Part shown: piece after piece, positions 25,091 to 37,899 of the stretch | Layout of the letters: every line of letters starts with the position of its first letter | Position numbering within the stretch: position 1 is the stretch's first letter | Assembly (NCBI GenBank): GCA_036172245.1 | Contig: JAYWIR010000010.1 | Location: forward strand, 3,906,001 to 3,970,000 | Reading direction: 5' to 3' | DNA: 64,000 nucleotides | Source of the DNA: Raillietiella orientalis | Taxonomy: Eukaryota | Made by a program: the position numbers and the translations under genes | Notes under the pieces: generated by a model | Database searches by the model: none | Told to the model about the DNA's origin: nothing | Seen by the model: the letters and a program-made list of their open reading frames with translations, nothing else

Positions 25091-26399
25091 CGCGCCAAGG
25101 GAAACCGAGGTGAGGCTGTCGCCTCTGACGAGATGGATGGTGTGAAGCTGTGCGCTTAATAAACGGCGCGAAGTCGCTTCTCCATTGATCTGCGATACGA
25201 GGTCGCGTCGTCAGCGCAGGATGCGGGACTCGCATCGCTAAGATACGATGTGAAGTTGCGCGGGATTGATTTATGGTGTGAAGAAGAGAAGTCTGAAAAT
25301 TTCAGATAAAGGAAGGATTACAATGAGGAGGAGGAAGGAGGAGGGGGAAACAGGGGAGAGCAAAACGATACGTTGATTTCCTCCTCCCCTCCCCTTCCCG
25401 AGAAGAAGAAGAAAAAGGGTTCACTTTCTCACTCTCGCCTTCCTCAGTGCACGGGGCTGGCGATTTTCCCGCGAAATCGCCTCGGGGAGATTCGAGGGGG
25501 GGAGGAGGAACAGGAAGCGCTACTTCCCTAGGTCGAGGAGCACAGATCAAAAGTACGTGGAGTCGGCTGTGTGAGCGCGCGACGTCGCGGACTCGCCTTC
25601 CTGAGCGGTCGGAAAAGCGTCCTCCTCTCGCCCGCCATCTTGTCGCGGAAGCGAGTGAGCATCGAGCTCCAGGGGGATCGAACGAGAACTCGGTGCTGGG
25701 AGCAAGTACGGTGGGGTTGAGGCCTGCGGGGTGCGCGTGAGAGAACGAAGGGCAGGAAAAAGGGCTCCCTTTCCAGCTCCCCCTTCCTCGGCGAAGATTC
25801 GCCCGAGGAATGGGGGGAGGGGGTCCCAGAGGAGGAGCTGGACATCCGCTACCGCGCCGGTTTCCCCGGAGTTCGAGGGCAAGGGCTTGGTTGGCGCTCC
25901 GAAACCGGCCGGTTCCCCATCCACTGTCGCGCACGGTCCATCCCGTCTCCCTTGCTGCCCTCCCGCAGGACGCCCACGGGGCAAACCTGATATTCCCCGG
26001 ACGCCCCATTGGAGCGGTTCCCGGAGAGGCGTCGCCCCTGATTAGGGGGAAGAAAAAAAAAAGGGAAGAGAAGGGGGAGGGGAAGGAGGAATCGGGATGA
26101 ATGTGGGACGAGGCCTTTTTCTTTTCTTCCGAGACGCCGTCCGTCAGCTGCTGCGAACCTGGTCTTCTCCCTTCCCTGGGGCCTCTCGATCACCCGTCAT
26201 GGGCGGTTCTCAAGTGAAGACAGGAGAGAGCAATTCGTCTCCGCGGCGCGAGATCGTCTCTCAGACGCCGATCTGCATGGATCAGGGGAGGGGGCGGCCG
26301 ACGAGCAGGCAGTCACCGGATCGGACGAAGAGGCTGGGGATTCCATGTGACTGAAAATCCATCCCGTTCCAGACGCCCTTCACCCGGCACTCTCCCCAG

Positions 26400-28860
26400 G
26401 ACGGATGGCGTGGGAGCGACCTCTGGAGAAGCAGCTGCTCTCCATGCCAGGGTTGCTATCCCCCTCCATCTTCCCTCTTCCTCGTGGCGCACTCGTAGCT
26501 GTTGCTGGCCTGAGGGATCGGAGGTTTCTGCTCGTCTTCCTCATTCTGCTGCCCCCGAAGACAAATGTCCCGAAAAGAGATTGTGATGGTCCGGAGGAGC
26601 GAACGTTCACCCATCCGTGCCTGCGTCTGAGAAGAGTTCGTGTCTTCCTCTCTTCTGTGGAGAATGAGTCTCATCCGATTACGAGATTTGCCGTCATCCC
26701 CTGTGGCAACGAGGGGTGGTGGAGCCAGCATCCTTCCCGGAGGTTCGTGACGCCTTCCGAAGGGGCAGTCTCGAGGGAAAACAAGGTGATGCGGAAAGTA
26801 TTGGCAAGAATTTTAGTACTCGTGCCCAGCTCCAGTTGCGGAGTCTGGAGTCGGAGTCGACCCTTCCCGGTCAAGTGGTCGCTGGAGCTCGTTTAACGCG
26901 AGGATTGGCCGGATCCGCGGTTTCCTCTTCTTCGCCCTTCTTGAATTGGAGGTCACGTGCGTGCTTTGAAGGATTTGAGATGCGGGTCCCGGGAGGGAAA
27001 TACCGCCTCAGTCTGTTTCGGAAGCGTTCTGGTGCCTCGTGGGGTCAAGCAGCGACCTCAGATGCGACCGTCTTCCCTGCCGGGTTAGAGAAGGATGCTG
27101 CTGTTGGCCCCAACCTGAGGAACTCACCTGGGCTCTTCCACCGCTTGGTTGACCCTTTTGCTCCGAGTCCCCTTTTTCGACCCGGTGATGACGAGGTATC
27201 GCGTAGGATACAATGATGTCCAGAGCGCCAACAGGAGGTAAAAGCTGTCCAAAGATGACTTGCATTGAGGGGTCCTGAGGAGATCTCCGAGGAGAGGGAT
27301 GGAAGGTGGAAGGATGACAAGAAGCGATGGGAGACTTTGTATGAAGCGTAGAAAAGAGGGAAAGGGAAAACCCTACGAAGCAAGCAACCTGGGGATTCTC
27401 AAGCAAAACGAGGTCACGTCAGAGGGATTCAGAAGACGCCCGAAGAGGTCCTTTCTTCGATCTCAAAGGAATGATGGTTGCTTGCGGCTTCTCCGCCACC
27501 ACACTTGGCCTTCTTCATGAAGATGCATGAAAATTCATAGTCATCTTGATGACGGTGATCTTGGTGTTTGCCGCTTGGTATGGTGGTTTTGGGCAGACTC
27601 GGAGACCTGCCGAAGTGATCACAAGCTCCGTAGGTCCAATCGAATAAATCGAATAGAAACCAGAGAGGTAAAGTTTGATCAGGAAGAGTGGGCCTATGTT
27701 TTTTTTTTTCCTCCTCCTGGGGATCTGCAACGCGCATCCGATGTCACCAAAGAACTGAAGCTGAGTCCAGGAACCAGAGATCACCGAGGGACACTGAGGG
27801 AAGAATTTCGCCGATCTATGGCGAAGAGTACGGCGGAGGAGAGGAGAGTACCTGGCGTCTCCAGACCCTCCGGAAGAGCGGCAAGCGCAGCAATTCGAAG
27901 AACGAGGCGGCGTCTAGGGACCATATGACTCCTCCATCGAGTGAATTGGGGGCGAGGCACGGTTTGGAAGTGACGTACTCCAGATCGGCCTTGCGGCGCT
28001 TTCTTTCAAAAACCGCGACATCGATTGGCTCTGCTCCATGAGGCACATGGGTTATTTCAGAGGAGGAAGAGAAAGGAAGGAAGGAACGCTCTCGGAGGCA
28101 GTCGGAACTGTGGGGAAGCCGCAGGAGATGTAGGTGGTCAAGTGTGGATCTCGCAAACGGGCATGCCGCGAGTTCGTGACCGCCGTGTCTCTACGAGTCT
28201 CAGTAATCCTCCGCACAAGGGCGCAAGAATGCATCGAGCTTCATCATCCAAGGGCAGGACTCGTTGCTCCATTACCGAAGTGTCTTCGGCTCTGGGAGCA
28301 GAGGGTGACTTTTCAAGTCCGGAGGTCACCTGCCCCTCGAAGTTCTTGCTTCAGATCCCCTCCTTGAGAGGGTGTGCTTCCGGGAAAGTCGCCTCTCCGC
28401 AACCACCTGGTCTTGTGAAGAGAAGGACGGCTGATTCTCAGCTGTCTGGAGTCTACCTCGCGAAGTGATGCCCTTTCCTTCTTGACAGGAGCGGTACCTC
28501 CTGCCAAGAAGTCGTCGCTCCGCTGAGGCGGAGCCGGTGTCTATCTCTCAGGGGCTCCTGGGTTCCTCAGAGGGATCTGTAGAGGGAACAGCCTCCGTAG
28601 ACTCGAAAAGTAATCTTCCTCTGTCCCTAGTCGTCCTGACCTTAGCGAGATGCTCGGTGCCTTTTCCTCGAAAATGCCCTTCGTCCCAGGGAGCAGAGAG
28701 AAAGGGTGAGGCACTCTCCCTTTCCCGAGAGGTCGTAGGCCAGAGTTGGGGGAGGAGAATGCATGAGAACAAAGGAGAACGCGTTCCCTCTACAGGAGAA
28801 AGAGAAGAAGTTTCTCTCTTCCACCTGGTCGTACCAGAAAATCTTTCGCTTCAACGCCAC
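26400..28860 (-). mobile_element. Decayed L1/Tx1-like LINE ORF2
   Basis: LEKSPSAP..ILAPL; GGVIWSLDAASFFELL (cf. ILSLDAEKAFDRV); PDQTLPLWFLFDL; RHQDD at the YADD position; ERTSSGV; SSPGRKRGLG. Motifs are in the correct order. Confidence 0.7.
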
Positions 28861-28991
28861 TGCTCTGTTTGTTCTTTACACTCTTCTCCCCGAGTCTGCA
28901 AGAGCAATCGAAGCAAACAGCAACATCGCTGCCTGTTTTTCTTTGTAGTTGCTTTCCTCCTCCCTTCCTCCTCATCCTTTCTTCCTCTTCT

Positions 28992-29351
28992 CCCTTCCTC
29001 CGCTGACGGGTTTACTTTTAGTCCGGGAAGGTGCCACCATCGGTAGGGAGAAGTGTTTTTTCTCCGAGAAATGGCCACGTTGGTGCTGCGCTGCCCTCCG
29101 GTCAGGTTTCCTTCCTCTCGGCATCTCCGAATGCCCTCCGCTTACCCCACCTGCTTTTTCTGGGGCGGGAGTATGCGGGAGGAAGAGATGTTTTCCTGGA
29201 CTCAGACGGCCTTCCCGATCTGCCCGTCCCTGCTTTTCGCAAGGCAAAATCCACTGAGGAAGGGGGTGAACCTTTTTCCTCCCCATCTCTTCCTCCCTCT
29301 CTTTCCTGTGGCGGAAGACCCAGAGAGAGGGAGGTCCGCGTTGCTTTCTCG
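28992..29351 (-). repeat. ~360 bp LINE-RT-derived segment, copy 2 (direct repeat of 8551-8908)
   Basis: Near-colinear match to 8551-8908. Confidence 0.85.
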
Positions 29352-29629
29352 CTCCCCCCCCTCCCTCAGTAAAGCTACAAGGGCGGTCGTGGAGACCTTA
29401 CTGTTCCCACCTTCCTTCCTCAGGGGTCTCCTCCCTTCTCCATTTATGCTTCGGGTTCGGAGGGATGGGATGGGTACTGCTCTCGGGACCCCCCATCTTT
29501 CCCTGAAGATCACCTTCCGTCCTCCCCTCCATCCCTTTTCCCTGCTCCTTGTTCGTAATTGAGCTCCTCGGACGAGAAGAGGCTCCTGACCGGAGAGAGC
29601 ATTCCCGGAATCCCGTCATAAATCAGGGA

Positions 29630-30740
29630 CCTTCCCGTGGCAGCGACGTGCAATTTCCTGCCGGGCTAATTCGCTGCTCGCAAACGCAAGGTGGAAGGGG
29701 CGATACCGGAATCCGGGATCGCGTCGGCGTCGGGAGGGATCCTGAGGCAAATCCCTGCGAAATGAAGTTTTATTGTCTCCGGGAGACGCGCGCGGAGGAC
29801 GGGCGCGTCCGGGGAGCCCACGCGATCGACTTTCTCCGTCCCGATGGATACCGCATCGGGGATCCTGGAAGGGAGGGGAGGGGTAACTTCGAAGCGTTCT
29901 CTCCACTCCCGACCGTTCCCTGCCAAGCTGGAAACCCGTTCCCGCTCCCGCTCCCACTCCTTGATCCTCGATCCTCGTCGCCTTCCCGGACGAGCACTTC
30001 CTGGCACTCCTCCCTCGCAATTCGCCTTCTTCATCCCAGCGAACGAGAAGCGGGGCAGAGAAAAGGAAAACCAGGGAAGGAAGAGAGAAGCAGGAAGTCT
30101 TCGCTTAAGTGGCCAGGCCTGGAAGAGCTCGTAGTCGCCACGCACCGCTCCCCAGAGGAATGTGCGCAGCCGGCGGGAGGGGGCGGACAGCAGAGACGAT
30201 GAGGAACCGGTTCCCCTTCCCTTCATGGAGGGCTCCAAGGAGGTCGCGGGAGCCATGTCTTCGGAAAGCAGAAAGGGAACAGGTCACTCTCTTGAAAGGA
30301 CCCGGGGTCCTGGGAACCTCCCACTCCCCGCTTTTTCGCTCCCGTTCGATTCCCGGATGCGATCCTGGAAGGGATGAAGTTAAGCCATCCTTCCCTCTAC
30401 CCTCCCTTCGTTCTCCCTCTTCCTGAGAGAGCTCGGAGGCCGCTTGGCCTCTGCTCTGACCCTCTGGACCCAAGGGGATCCTTGGGCTGCTGGCCTGTAC
30501 ATTTCTCTTCTCGTTTACCCCCTTCCTGGGGGGTCTTCTGCTCTCCCACCCAATGGACGGAGACCCCCAGAGAGGATGCCTCCGGAGCTACTCAGGAAGC
30601 CTTTCGGCTGCGGCTCCGATGCTGCTTCTGGAAAGAGTATGGAAGCGCCAGAGTCGTTCGAGTGCGGGACGCGTAGCTTTTTAGAAGGTCTGGACCAGCA
30701 CAAAGTCTCGGCTGGCACTCCGAAGGAATTGACATGACCC
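29630..30740 (+). mobile_element. LINE endonuclease-domain fragment
   Basis: AATCNF (cf. IATxNV); KFYCLRETR (cf. DIxCLQETH); AGGGGQ at the GGDFN position; SLGCWPVHFSSRL (cf. GxWxLNxSxL). Confidence 0.55.
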
Positions 30741-30799
30741 ACGCTGGAAGGATGCTGCTTTTTCCGAAGGAACTCAAGAGGAGCGGGCGAAGAAGCCTC

Positions 30800-30915
30800 C
30801 ACCGTCCTCCTCCTCCTCTTCCTTTCCCTCTTTTCCACATCTCACTGCTTTCCTCCTCCTATGCCTTTTTACTCTCCCTCTTCTTCTTCCCCTGCTGCCC
30901 TTCTTCCTCGACTTC
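30800..30915 (+). repeat. CT-rich low-complexity tract
   Basis: Degenerate (CCT/CTT)n sequence. Confidence 0.8.
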
Positions 30916-31559
30916 ACCGCAGTCCATTTCCCAAGGATTCTTGCTGCTGCCCTCCTTCTATGTCCTTTCAGTCCGCATCCCCTCCTCGTCTTCCTGGTAC
31001 TCCATCCCCCTCCCCCCTACCGAGCAACGAGGTGGGACGCGATGCTTCTCGTCCTTTGTGAGCAAAAAATTCCGCCGGTCTATCTCGCACTCTTCCCACA
31101 AGGTAGAAGGTGAGAGGTAGAAGTTCACTTCTTGCTGACCTTTTCCACCGCGCCTGCGGAGCTCGAGGGCTTGTTCTCTCCTCCTCTGTCTTCAGGATGA
31201 GGGAGCGTTGTAGCCGCAGCACTCGGGCGCATCCCTCTCGACTCTCGCCCTCCGTGCTGACCAGCCGCTGCGAAGTAGCGCCTCGGTTTTTGGTATCTCA
31301 CTCGGGAGTCTCCTTTCTCTCGTCTCAAACTCCCTCCACCTCCTCCGGCTTCCTGCTTCCACCCCACCCCACACTTTCCAAGCACTAGCCGATATCCTCG
31401 TCTACTCCGTGTTACTATTGTTGCTACCACTCGATTCCTAGGATCTGCAAGGCCTCTGCAGATGATTTCTGTTCACTCACAGATTTCCCCTTTTAGGAAA
31501 GGAAAGAAGAGATGCGGAAGAAATGGTGAGTAAGGATAGGTGGAGTGCGAGTAGGGGCT

Positions 31560-32290
31560 GTCCAGAAGAGTGGCTACCGCTACCTCTGCTGAGGGTTGCC
31601 GACTTCATGGCTTCCTTGTTCCAAGGTCATCAAGGTCCATCGAAAATACGACTTCCTCCCGGTGGCAAGACCACTCAAGACCACCTTGCCCCGTCCAAGA
31701 TGTTTTCATGAAACGAAGAACCTTCGAAGACCGCCGGCGGTGTGGTGGTCCGCAAGAGGGACGGCTTTCGATCGCCGAAAATCATGAGACGAAAGTTCAC
31801 CCTACCACCCGCATCATCCGACCGAATGAGGAAGGCATCCCGATCGAGAAAAGTGGCGACCCTGCGTTGCGTCTTTGCATCTCTCCAGCCATTTCCCTCC
31901 CAGGCATCGCCGAAAGTGGAGCCAGGCAGAGACAAGAGGAGGTGGACAAGGTCTAGACGCCCCTGAAACAGGTTGCCAATTTTAGAGGTCAGGGCGTTCC
32001 GGAAACTTGACTTCGAATCAAAAAAAAAAAACACTTAAGGTCACCTGAAAGGTTATGGAAGGTGCTAAAGAGACTCTGGTAAGACAGCGATGAATTTCTT
32101 GGAATCGGGAATCTTGAAGTCCGCAAGTGGACAATGATTATTACGAGGTCTCACAGAAGGACTCTTCGGGAGCTTTCTCGATGCCTCATTGAGCTGCTGG
32201 TCCGCTTCGGGTTTGCACAGGATCTCCGGCCATTTTCTTATCTGTAAGGCTCCCGCATGTTCTGTGGCCCACAGACTCATTCATACCGCA
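31560..32290 (-). mobile_element. LINE endonuclease-domain fragment
   Basis: STFGDAWEG..ATFLDRDAFLIRS..IFGDRKP (cf. LxDxW..SRLDR..SDHxP) in 31675..32034; upstream LWATEHAG. Confidence 0.5.
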
Positions 32291-32749
32291 CACCCCAGTC
32301 TCATCGATCCGAGAACCAGATAGGCAGCAGACACGACCTTGCTGTCGGTGCCAGATGTGAGACGAAGAGCTGCCCCACAGATCTTCAGCGATTGCGTGCG
32401 GCACATTCAGCTGTGCTCCAGGGGGTGCGGACTCCATGATCGACTGCACCGAAAAGGCGACCAATGACCAGAAGCCAAGGGACATCAGCAGCGAAGTCGT
32501 CCTTGAGAGCTGACCTCCCCCCGAGAAAAGGAAGCCATGCCACCACACTCGACGGAAGCTGAGCATCTGAAAGCACACTGGATGTGTTCCAGAAGGGGAA
32601 CGAAGGAAAAGAGGAAAAATGAGGGAAGGAAATTCGCTTTTTCCCTTTCTCTCTGGGGAACTCAGTGCCAGTCCGCTCCATCATCTTCAAGAGTCGCGGG
32701 TTCCGGGAACGGAGACGGCCTGCAAGAACTGGAAGTCCAGTTCACATAG

Positions 32750-33720
32750 ATGATGGCGATGTGCCGTATTCAAAGCGGTCGGGGCATCTACTGGACACAG
32801 CGGCTCCGGCACCCTGCGAACCACCAGCGCAGACCGACGTGTTCGACTCGCCAGAATAAGACCAGAGACCTTTAGTCAAGGCAGCCCAGGGTCTTGACCG
32901 AGCAGACTTGATCCGACAGAGAAAACGCCTAGTGTTAAGAGAGGGCTGCGGGTTAGCGTCTCGGAAGTGCACGCGATCTCATCTTAACAAGGAACATCCC
33001 TTACTCTTGGAAGCCTGCTATAGAACAGCTGTTCTCTGCCAACGTCAGAGATCAACAGGTGAAGGGAGCTGTGAAAAGAAATCCCCCCCTCCTATGCCTT
33101 CCAGAATGTTTGAAACGAAGGAGGAAAGGTGATATGCTTTATCGATCCTTGCTGTTTTTCCTCCTTTTCTTCGGTCTCTGTTCTATTTCCATCAGTGCAA
33201 ACTTGAGAAACAATCTGTCTTGGAGGTCTCGAGGTCACAGTTAATGCTTCGGAGATAAGCAAAGGTGAAGCTCGGAGAGAATTCCCGTGAAAGAAATATG
33301 GTGGAAGAGGCGTTCTCTAATCTGCGAGTCGAGAGATCAAGTAATCGACCAAGATTTCGAGCCAGAAGATTGCACTCTGGGATCTTCGATCCCCATTTAT
33401 ATCCGGGAGTGCTTCCTTTACATGGCAATTTTTCTCCTTTTTGTTCGGCTGCTTGAAGTTCCCGGGTTCACGTGGTTACGGCGTTCTGGGTAATTGCTCC
33501 TACCTCTGGCTCCAATGGTGCTACTGATGCTCTTTAATCCCCTCCCAAACAGAAAGTAAGGGTTGTTCCTGTGAAGAGGAGGCGGAACCAAACTGGATTA
33601 TCTGGGTAGAACCTGCGGCGAGCTCGGCTAGAGGTTTTCACGGTTGCTACCAGAACCATGACGTGCCTTTGCTATATTTTCATTGTAATCAACTTTTCAA
33701 GGAAGCTCAAAAGTGATGTC
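32750..33720 (+). pseudogene. IR pseudogene
   Basis: QGLDRADLI (S1); YRSLLFFLLFFGLCSISISANLRNNL (clear M3-like; cf. YSANLxSxL; 33059..33244); NQTGL (S2 end); TMTCLCYIFIVI (M4-like). Confidence 0.55.
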
Positions 33721-33949
33721 CCTTCCAGTTTTCAGGAAGGAAGACTTGATTAAACGCGCTCTCACTGTGAAACCTGAATGCAGGAGAGGTGCAGAAGTCT
33801 TCTGAAGCAGAGAACAAAAAAAAACTGGAAGCAAACAGAAATGATAGGACGTGCTCACGGATTGCATTGCATCAGGGATGCAAGTTTAGCATGGATATGC
33901 CAGCAGCATCCGAAAGAGCAGGAAGCGTTTGTGTGACGAGTTAAGGGCG

Positions 33950-35200
33950 TTCCTCAACAACTCTGCCTCCGCAGAACCCACAGCCTTGCGTTTATCACAG
34001 AATTTTCTGAGTGGTCTGCTTGGCTGATTTTTGTGTGCTGGACATGTATCTTCTTACGATGTTTCAACCGCATGTATCTGCGGTCCTAGCATCTTTGCAG
34101 TGACTAAGTGCGAAGAGAACTTAAGAACCCTAAACGATGGACGGGGCGCACCAGGAAGGAAATCGTATGCTTCAAAAATGTGTTGCTCCAGGGAAATCTA
34201 CTGGAAGCACAGGTTGAGCTACCAGTCGTGATGAAGAAATCCTATCTCGAGACCTTAGTTTCGAGCCGAAGATGGAATGGATAAACTAGGAAGATGATGG
34301 AGAGCCTTTTGGACGGCGATAGTATTCCCAGGCACATTATTTTCAAAGGCAAGCGTGGATAACCTTCGTGCAACTTTTTGGCACCTTCTTCCTTCAAATA
34401 GACAGCACAGAATCCAGAGCCATTTCATCGCAATTGAAGAGCGCCAGCTGGACGCAGTTTCTCTTCCCTCAGGACAAGGCAGGTCGTAACGACGTCTCTA
34501 CGGAGATTTCCCCTCGGTTGCAGGCTTTGATCTTCCACCTTCCGTGTGATGAGGGCTATTCAGAGATGATGCTGATGACAATGACAGTATTGGTAACTAA
34601 AAATTCGATTCTCAGGAGCTTTCCTTGCCAGGTGGCAAGCTCAGGACTGTAGGTGAAGTCTTAAGCAACGTATCAGGCAACGTTTCATGGAACTCCGAGA
34701 CAAGCTAGAACTCCTTCCTGACAGAAGGCAAGAGATTACAGCACGTATAGTGATTTTTGCCACCCGTCACTTCACATCAAAAATTCCTACAAAAGAAGAA
34801 TCATTGCTACAGTTGGTCAGCGTCCATTGCGAATCCAAGCAAAGAGTTATTGGATGAGGCGACCCGAGAGAACGTGAAGGTAGCTGAAGATCCCCAGTTC
34901 CTTCGTAAGTGAAAATGAACCGACTTCTGACGGCCAATTACGACTAGTCCTTCCTGTTTGAGCATTTCTTGCGGAATGAGATCAGATTGATGCATCTTTT
35001 GAGAGGTGGAAATTTCGGTAATACAGAAATAGTAAACCCAGAATTTATCAATCACCATGAACCCTCACTTGCAGTAGACCATAAATCACTTGCTGGCACT
35101 ACGTAGTTGGGAGTTCTGCTCTTCACGTGTAAAGCTGAACCCAGACTAAGAAAAACGAAATGCTGAAATGAAACTTTTAGTTGGTGTCAGCGAACGTTCC
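33950..35200 (-). pseudogene. IR pseudogene
   Basis: LGSALHV..YVVPASDLWSTASEGSW (cf. LN..PxDxxWGxxxNGSW; ~35055-35150); GLVVIGRQKSVHF..ATFTF (34807..35058); S2 YDFLPGAP (cf. YAFxKGSP; ~34145-34170); PSRPLRK before M4. Confidence 0.6.
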
Positions 35201-35369
35201 CTGACTGCAAAACTGATGCTGCGATACTGTGAAAAAGAGTGATTTCGAAAATTCTCCCCGTCACACCTTGCGGCCGTTTTACTGAGATGTTGCGAATGAT
35301 CTTAACCGAGTGCTAAGGCCACAAGTTTTACAAATGGAAGTTTCGGCCATTTTTGATGACCAGATGCTA

Positions 35370-35700
35370 AGATGAGAAGAATGGTTATGTCGAAGTCAAA
35401 TCGAAATTCAAATATTCAAGAGACAGTGCACCTTTACCAAGGTTCCAACAAGAAATCAGAAACGTATGGCTTTTGCATGGGGAGGAAGCATCGTTTTTCA
35501 ATTCGAGGAACAAACAGAATATTTACTTGGGATACCGGATTTTATTATACGTCCTTTGTGAACCTTGATTCCCTCTTGAACTCGTTGTAATCTTGATGCT
35601 TTGTGTTCTGTCAGTTGTATTTCCAACCTGTTGTATTTAGAGAGATACATCTCTTTTCACACACCATGAGGTTATTTTTTTTAATCCTTTCAGGAATACC
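35370..35700 (+). pseudogene. IR fragment (S2-M4)
   Basis: VHLYQG..TYGFCMGRKHRF..RIFTWDTGF (35372..35590), then HLFSHTMRLFFLILSG (35603..35797). Confidence 0.5.
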
Positions 35701-36069
35701 AAAAGAGCCCTACAGACTTCAGCAAACCAAGAATAAATATTTGCTTTCCTCGGAAATTCGTATCTTTACCATCTATGATTTCTGCTCTTCAAGTTAAGAC
35801 ACCACTTCCATCTGCATCATTTTTGAGAACCCTCACTTGTACTGCATATTAAAAACAAAGAAAAAAGAAAAAAACATGTGTGTTCATATCAACCAAAGCA
35901 TTCCTAGAACGAAAGTTTAGTTAGAGTTGAAGACTGCTCACAATGCGATGCACTAGAAGCTGATTAATAGAGCTGTTGGCAGTTCAAAAATACCAGCAAG
36001 CAAAAAAAAAAAAAGACAGCCTTGTCGATTGGAGTCCACACCTTCGAGTGCTTTGATGTGGCATCATTT

Positions 36070-37680
36070 TCGCAACATTCCGAAGTAAAGTGACTTTTGA
36101 AGAATTCCTAATCCAACGTGAACCGCAACAGGTTTCCGGTTCTTCCGGCGGACCTGGTTGGCAGCAGCCAGCAATCTCATGTCTCAGGAATTTCTCAGGT
36201 AGCCCTCCCCCCCCCCTCTAGCTCATTCCCAGCTGCTCACCGAGAACCTGACAGACTCATCTACCAGTTCTTCACCTTCCAGAATAGCAGACCAATCCGT
36301 CACGAATCCTCCCTCCATTTTGGAACGTACTTTGCTTTTCTCTTTCCTGAAATGATCGCAAAAGAGTCTCAGATCGTTCTGAATTTGCCTTCAAGTGCCA
36401 GACCGAATTTTGTCAGGAAAATTATTCCTTCCATGGAGGACGCTTCCCTGCCAACTCCACACTGTATGTGTGTCAATGGCAACACAGGTGTGATGGAGTC
36501 CTGCTCGTTTTTAATTGTCAAGACACAAACGTACCTTACTAGCCAAACGAGGCCAACCACTGATGAGATGTTTGTCATCAAAACACTTTGTGGAACTCAT
36601 CATAAACGCTCACCACAGTAGCGAGCGTGCAGATGCCGATAGTGTTTTGCTGAATCTTTGCGTGTTTCATAGCTACGGAATGGGTGCATATTGCTGAGTA
36701 CGCATCTGAGCACCCTGATAACGAGCAGCGATTGCCGATGGACTGTTCCAGGTTTCGTCTTCCAGGAATCCATGCAAAACATCGTGCAATCGCACCTCAT
36801 CTTGCCGAATGGCTGTCCTTGGAAGACAAGGAATCTTCAACCTTCATTTTGAATATTTCTAACGTCACTCTTTCAATGTTTTCGGAATGGGAAGCTCTGC
36901 TCCCTCAGCCGGCCGCTGCGACTTCTTGGAGCACTTCTGGCTTCGCCTGAAGTTTCCCTGCTCTCGTTCGCAATCGCCACATGTACAGCACATGCAGCTT
37001 CGTTTGTACACCTGATTGCACCCCACCCGTCTTTATCGCGCTGTACCACTGGTCACTGTGCGGTAGTCTTATCTTGTTCGTGGTAGTGTGGGTCCAGGGT
37101 TAGACTTCTGTAACGGTCATCTTCCAGGCATCACGAAGAAGGACGGATGCGATCTTCCTTCCTTTCCCCAAAGCAGCAAAAGCGAGGATGAAAGCGGAAA
37201 AATCGCTGGATCTTCTTGGATCCCTCGCGTCTGCAGCTTTGAGACTGCGGCGCGTCCAACACGTCGCGCTCGTTTTTCCTGGCCACGACGCAGAGCATGT
37301 CGGGTCCCTCGTTCCCGGATTGCCTTACTGCGCTCACCTTGCTGTCTCTCATGCGGGCGAAGACCGTGCGGCTGCACAAAAGGCAGAAGAAAGGAAAAAG
37401 GACGGGCGTAGGAAAACAAAAAAAAAGGGCATCAATGGAAATGCCTCTAATGCCAAAACAAGAGAGTGGCTGGAAAAGAAAGAGCAGTCGATAAAAAGCT
37501 GCGTCCGTGAATAGCCGGGATTGCCGGGACGTCACTTTTATCGCACTGACGATTCCTGCTCTCGAATTTATACTCTTATGCTTAATTTTGGGAACCCATT
37601 GAAAATGCTCGGATCCCTCCCTGCTCCCTAGGAAGATCAGCGGCGACAATGGCGCAGGAAATTTACGATGAGCTTTTTAA
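36070..37680 (-). pseudogene. IR pseudogene
   Basis: S1 NSRAGIVSAIKVTSRQSRLFTDAAFY and M1-like ALFFCFPTPVLFPFFCLL (37131..37649); S2 FLTKFGLALEGK..DSF..MEGGFVTDW; M4-like VGLGILQKSLYFGML. Confidence 0.55.
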
Positions 37681-37899
37681 CGAAAACTACCAGAGCGATT
37701 CCCTGGAAACCGAATGTGAGAAAATCGGAATAAGATGGAGTAAAAAAAACAAAAACAAAACAAAAACAAAAAAAAAAGGCATAGCAGCACGACAAAAGAG
37801 GAATCCACCACTATCTGCGTCAGCGGAAGTCTGTAGCAGGAGCTGAGCATGAGGGGAAGATCACGGTGAAAAATGAGCGATCACGGAGGCTTTGACGCT

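Noticed and set aside
34813..34910. Apparent plus-strand exon (cag..gtaagt)
   Set aside because: No partner exons or recognisable product; the minus strand is explained by an IR remnant.
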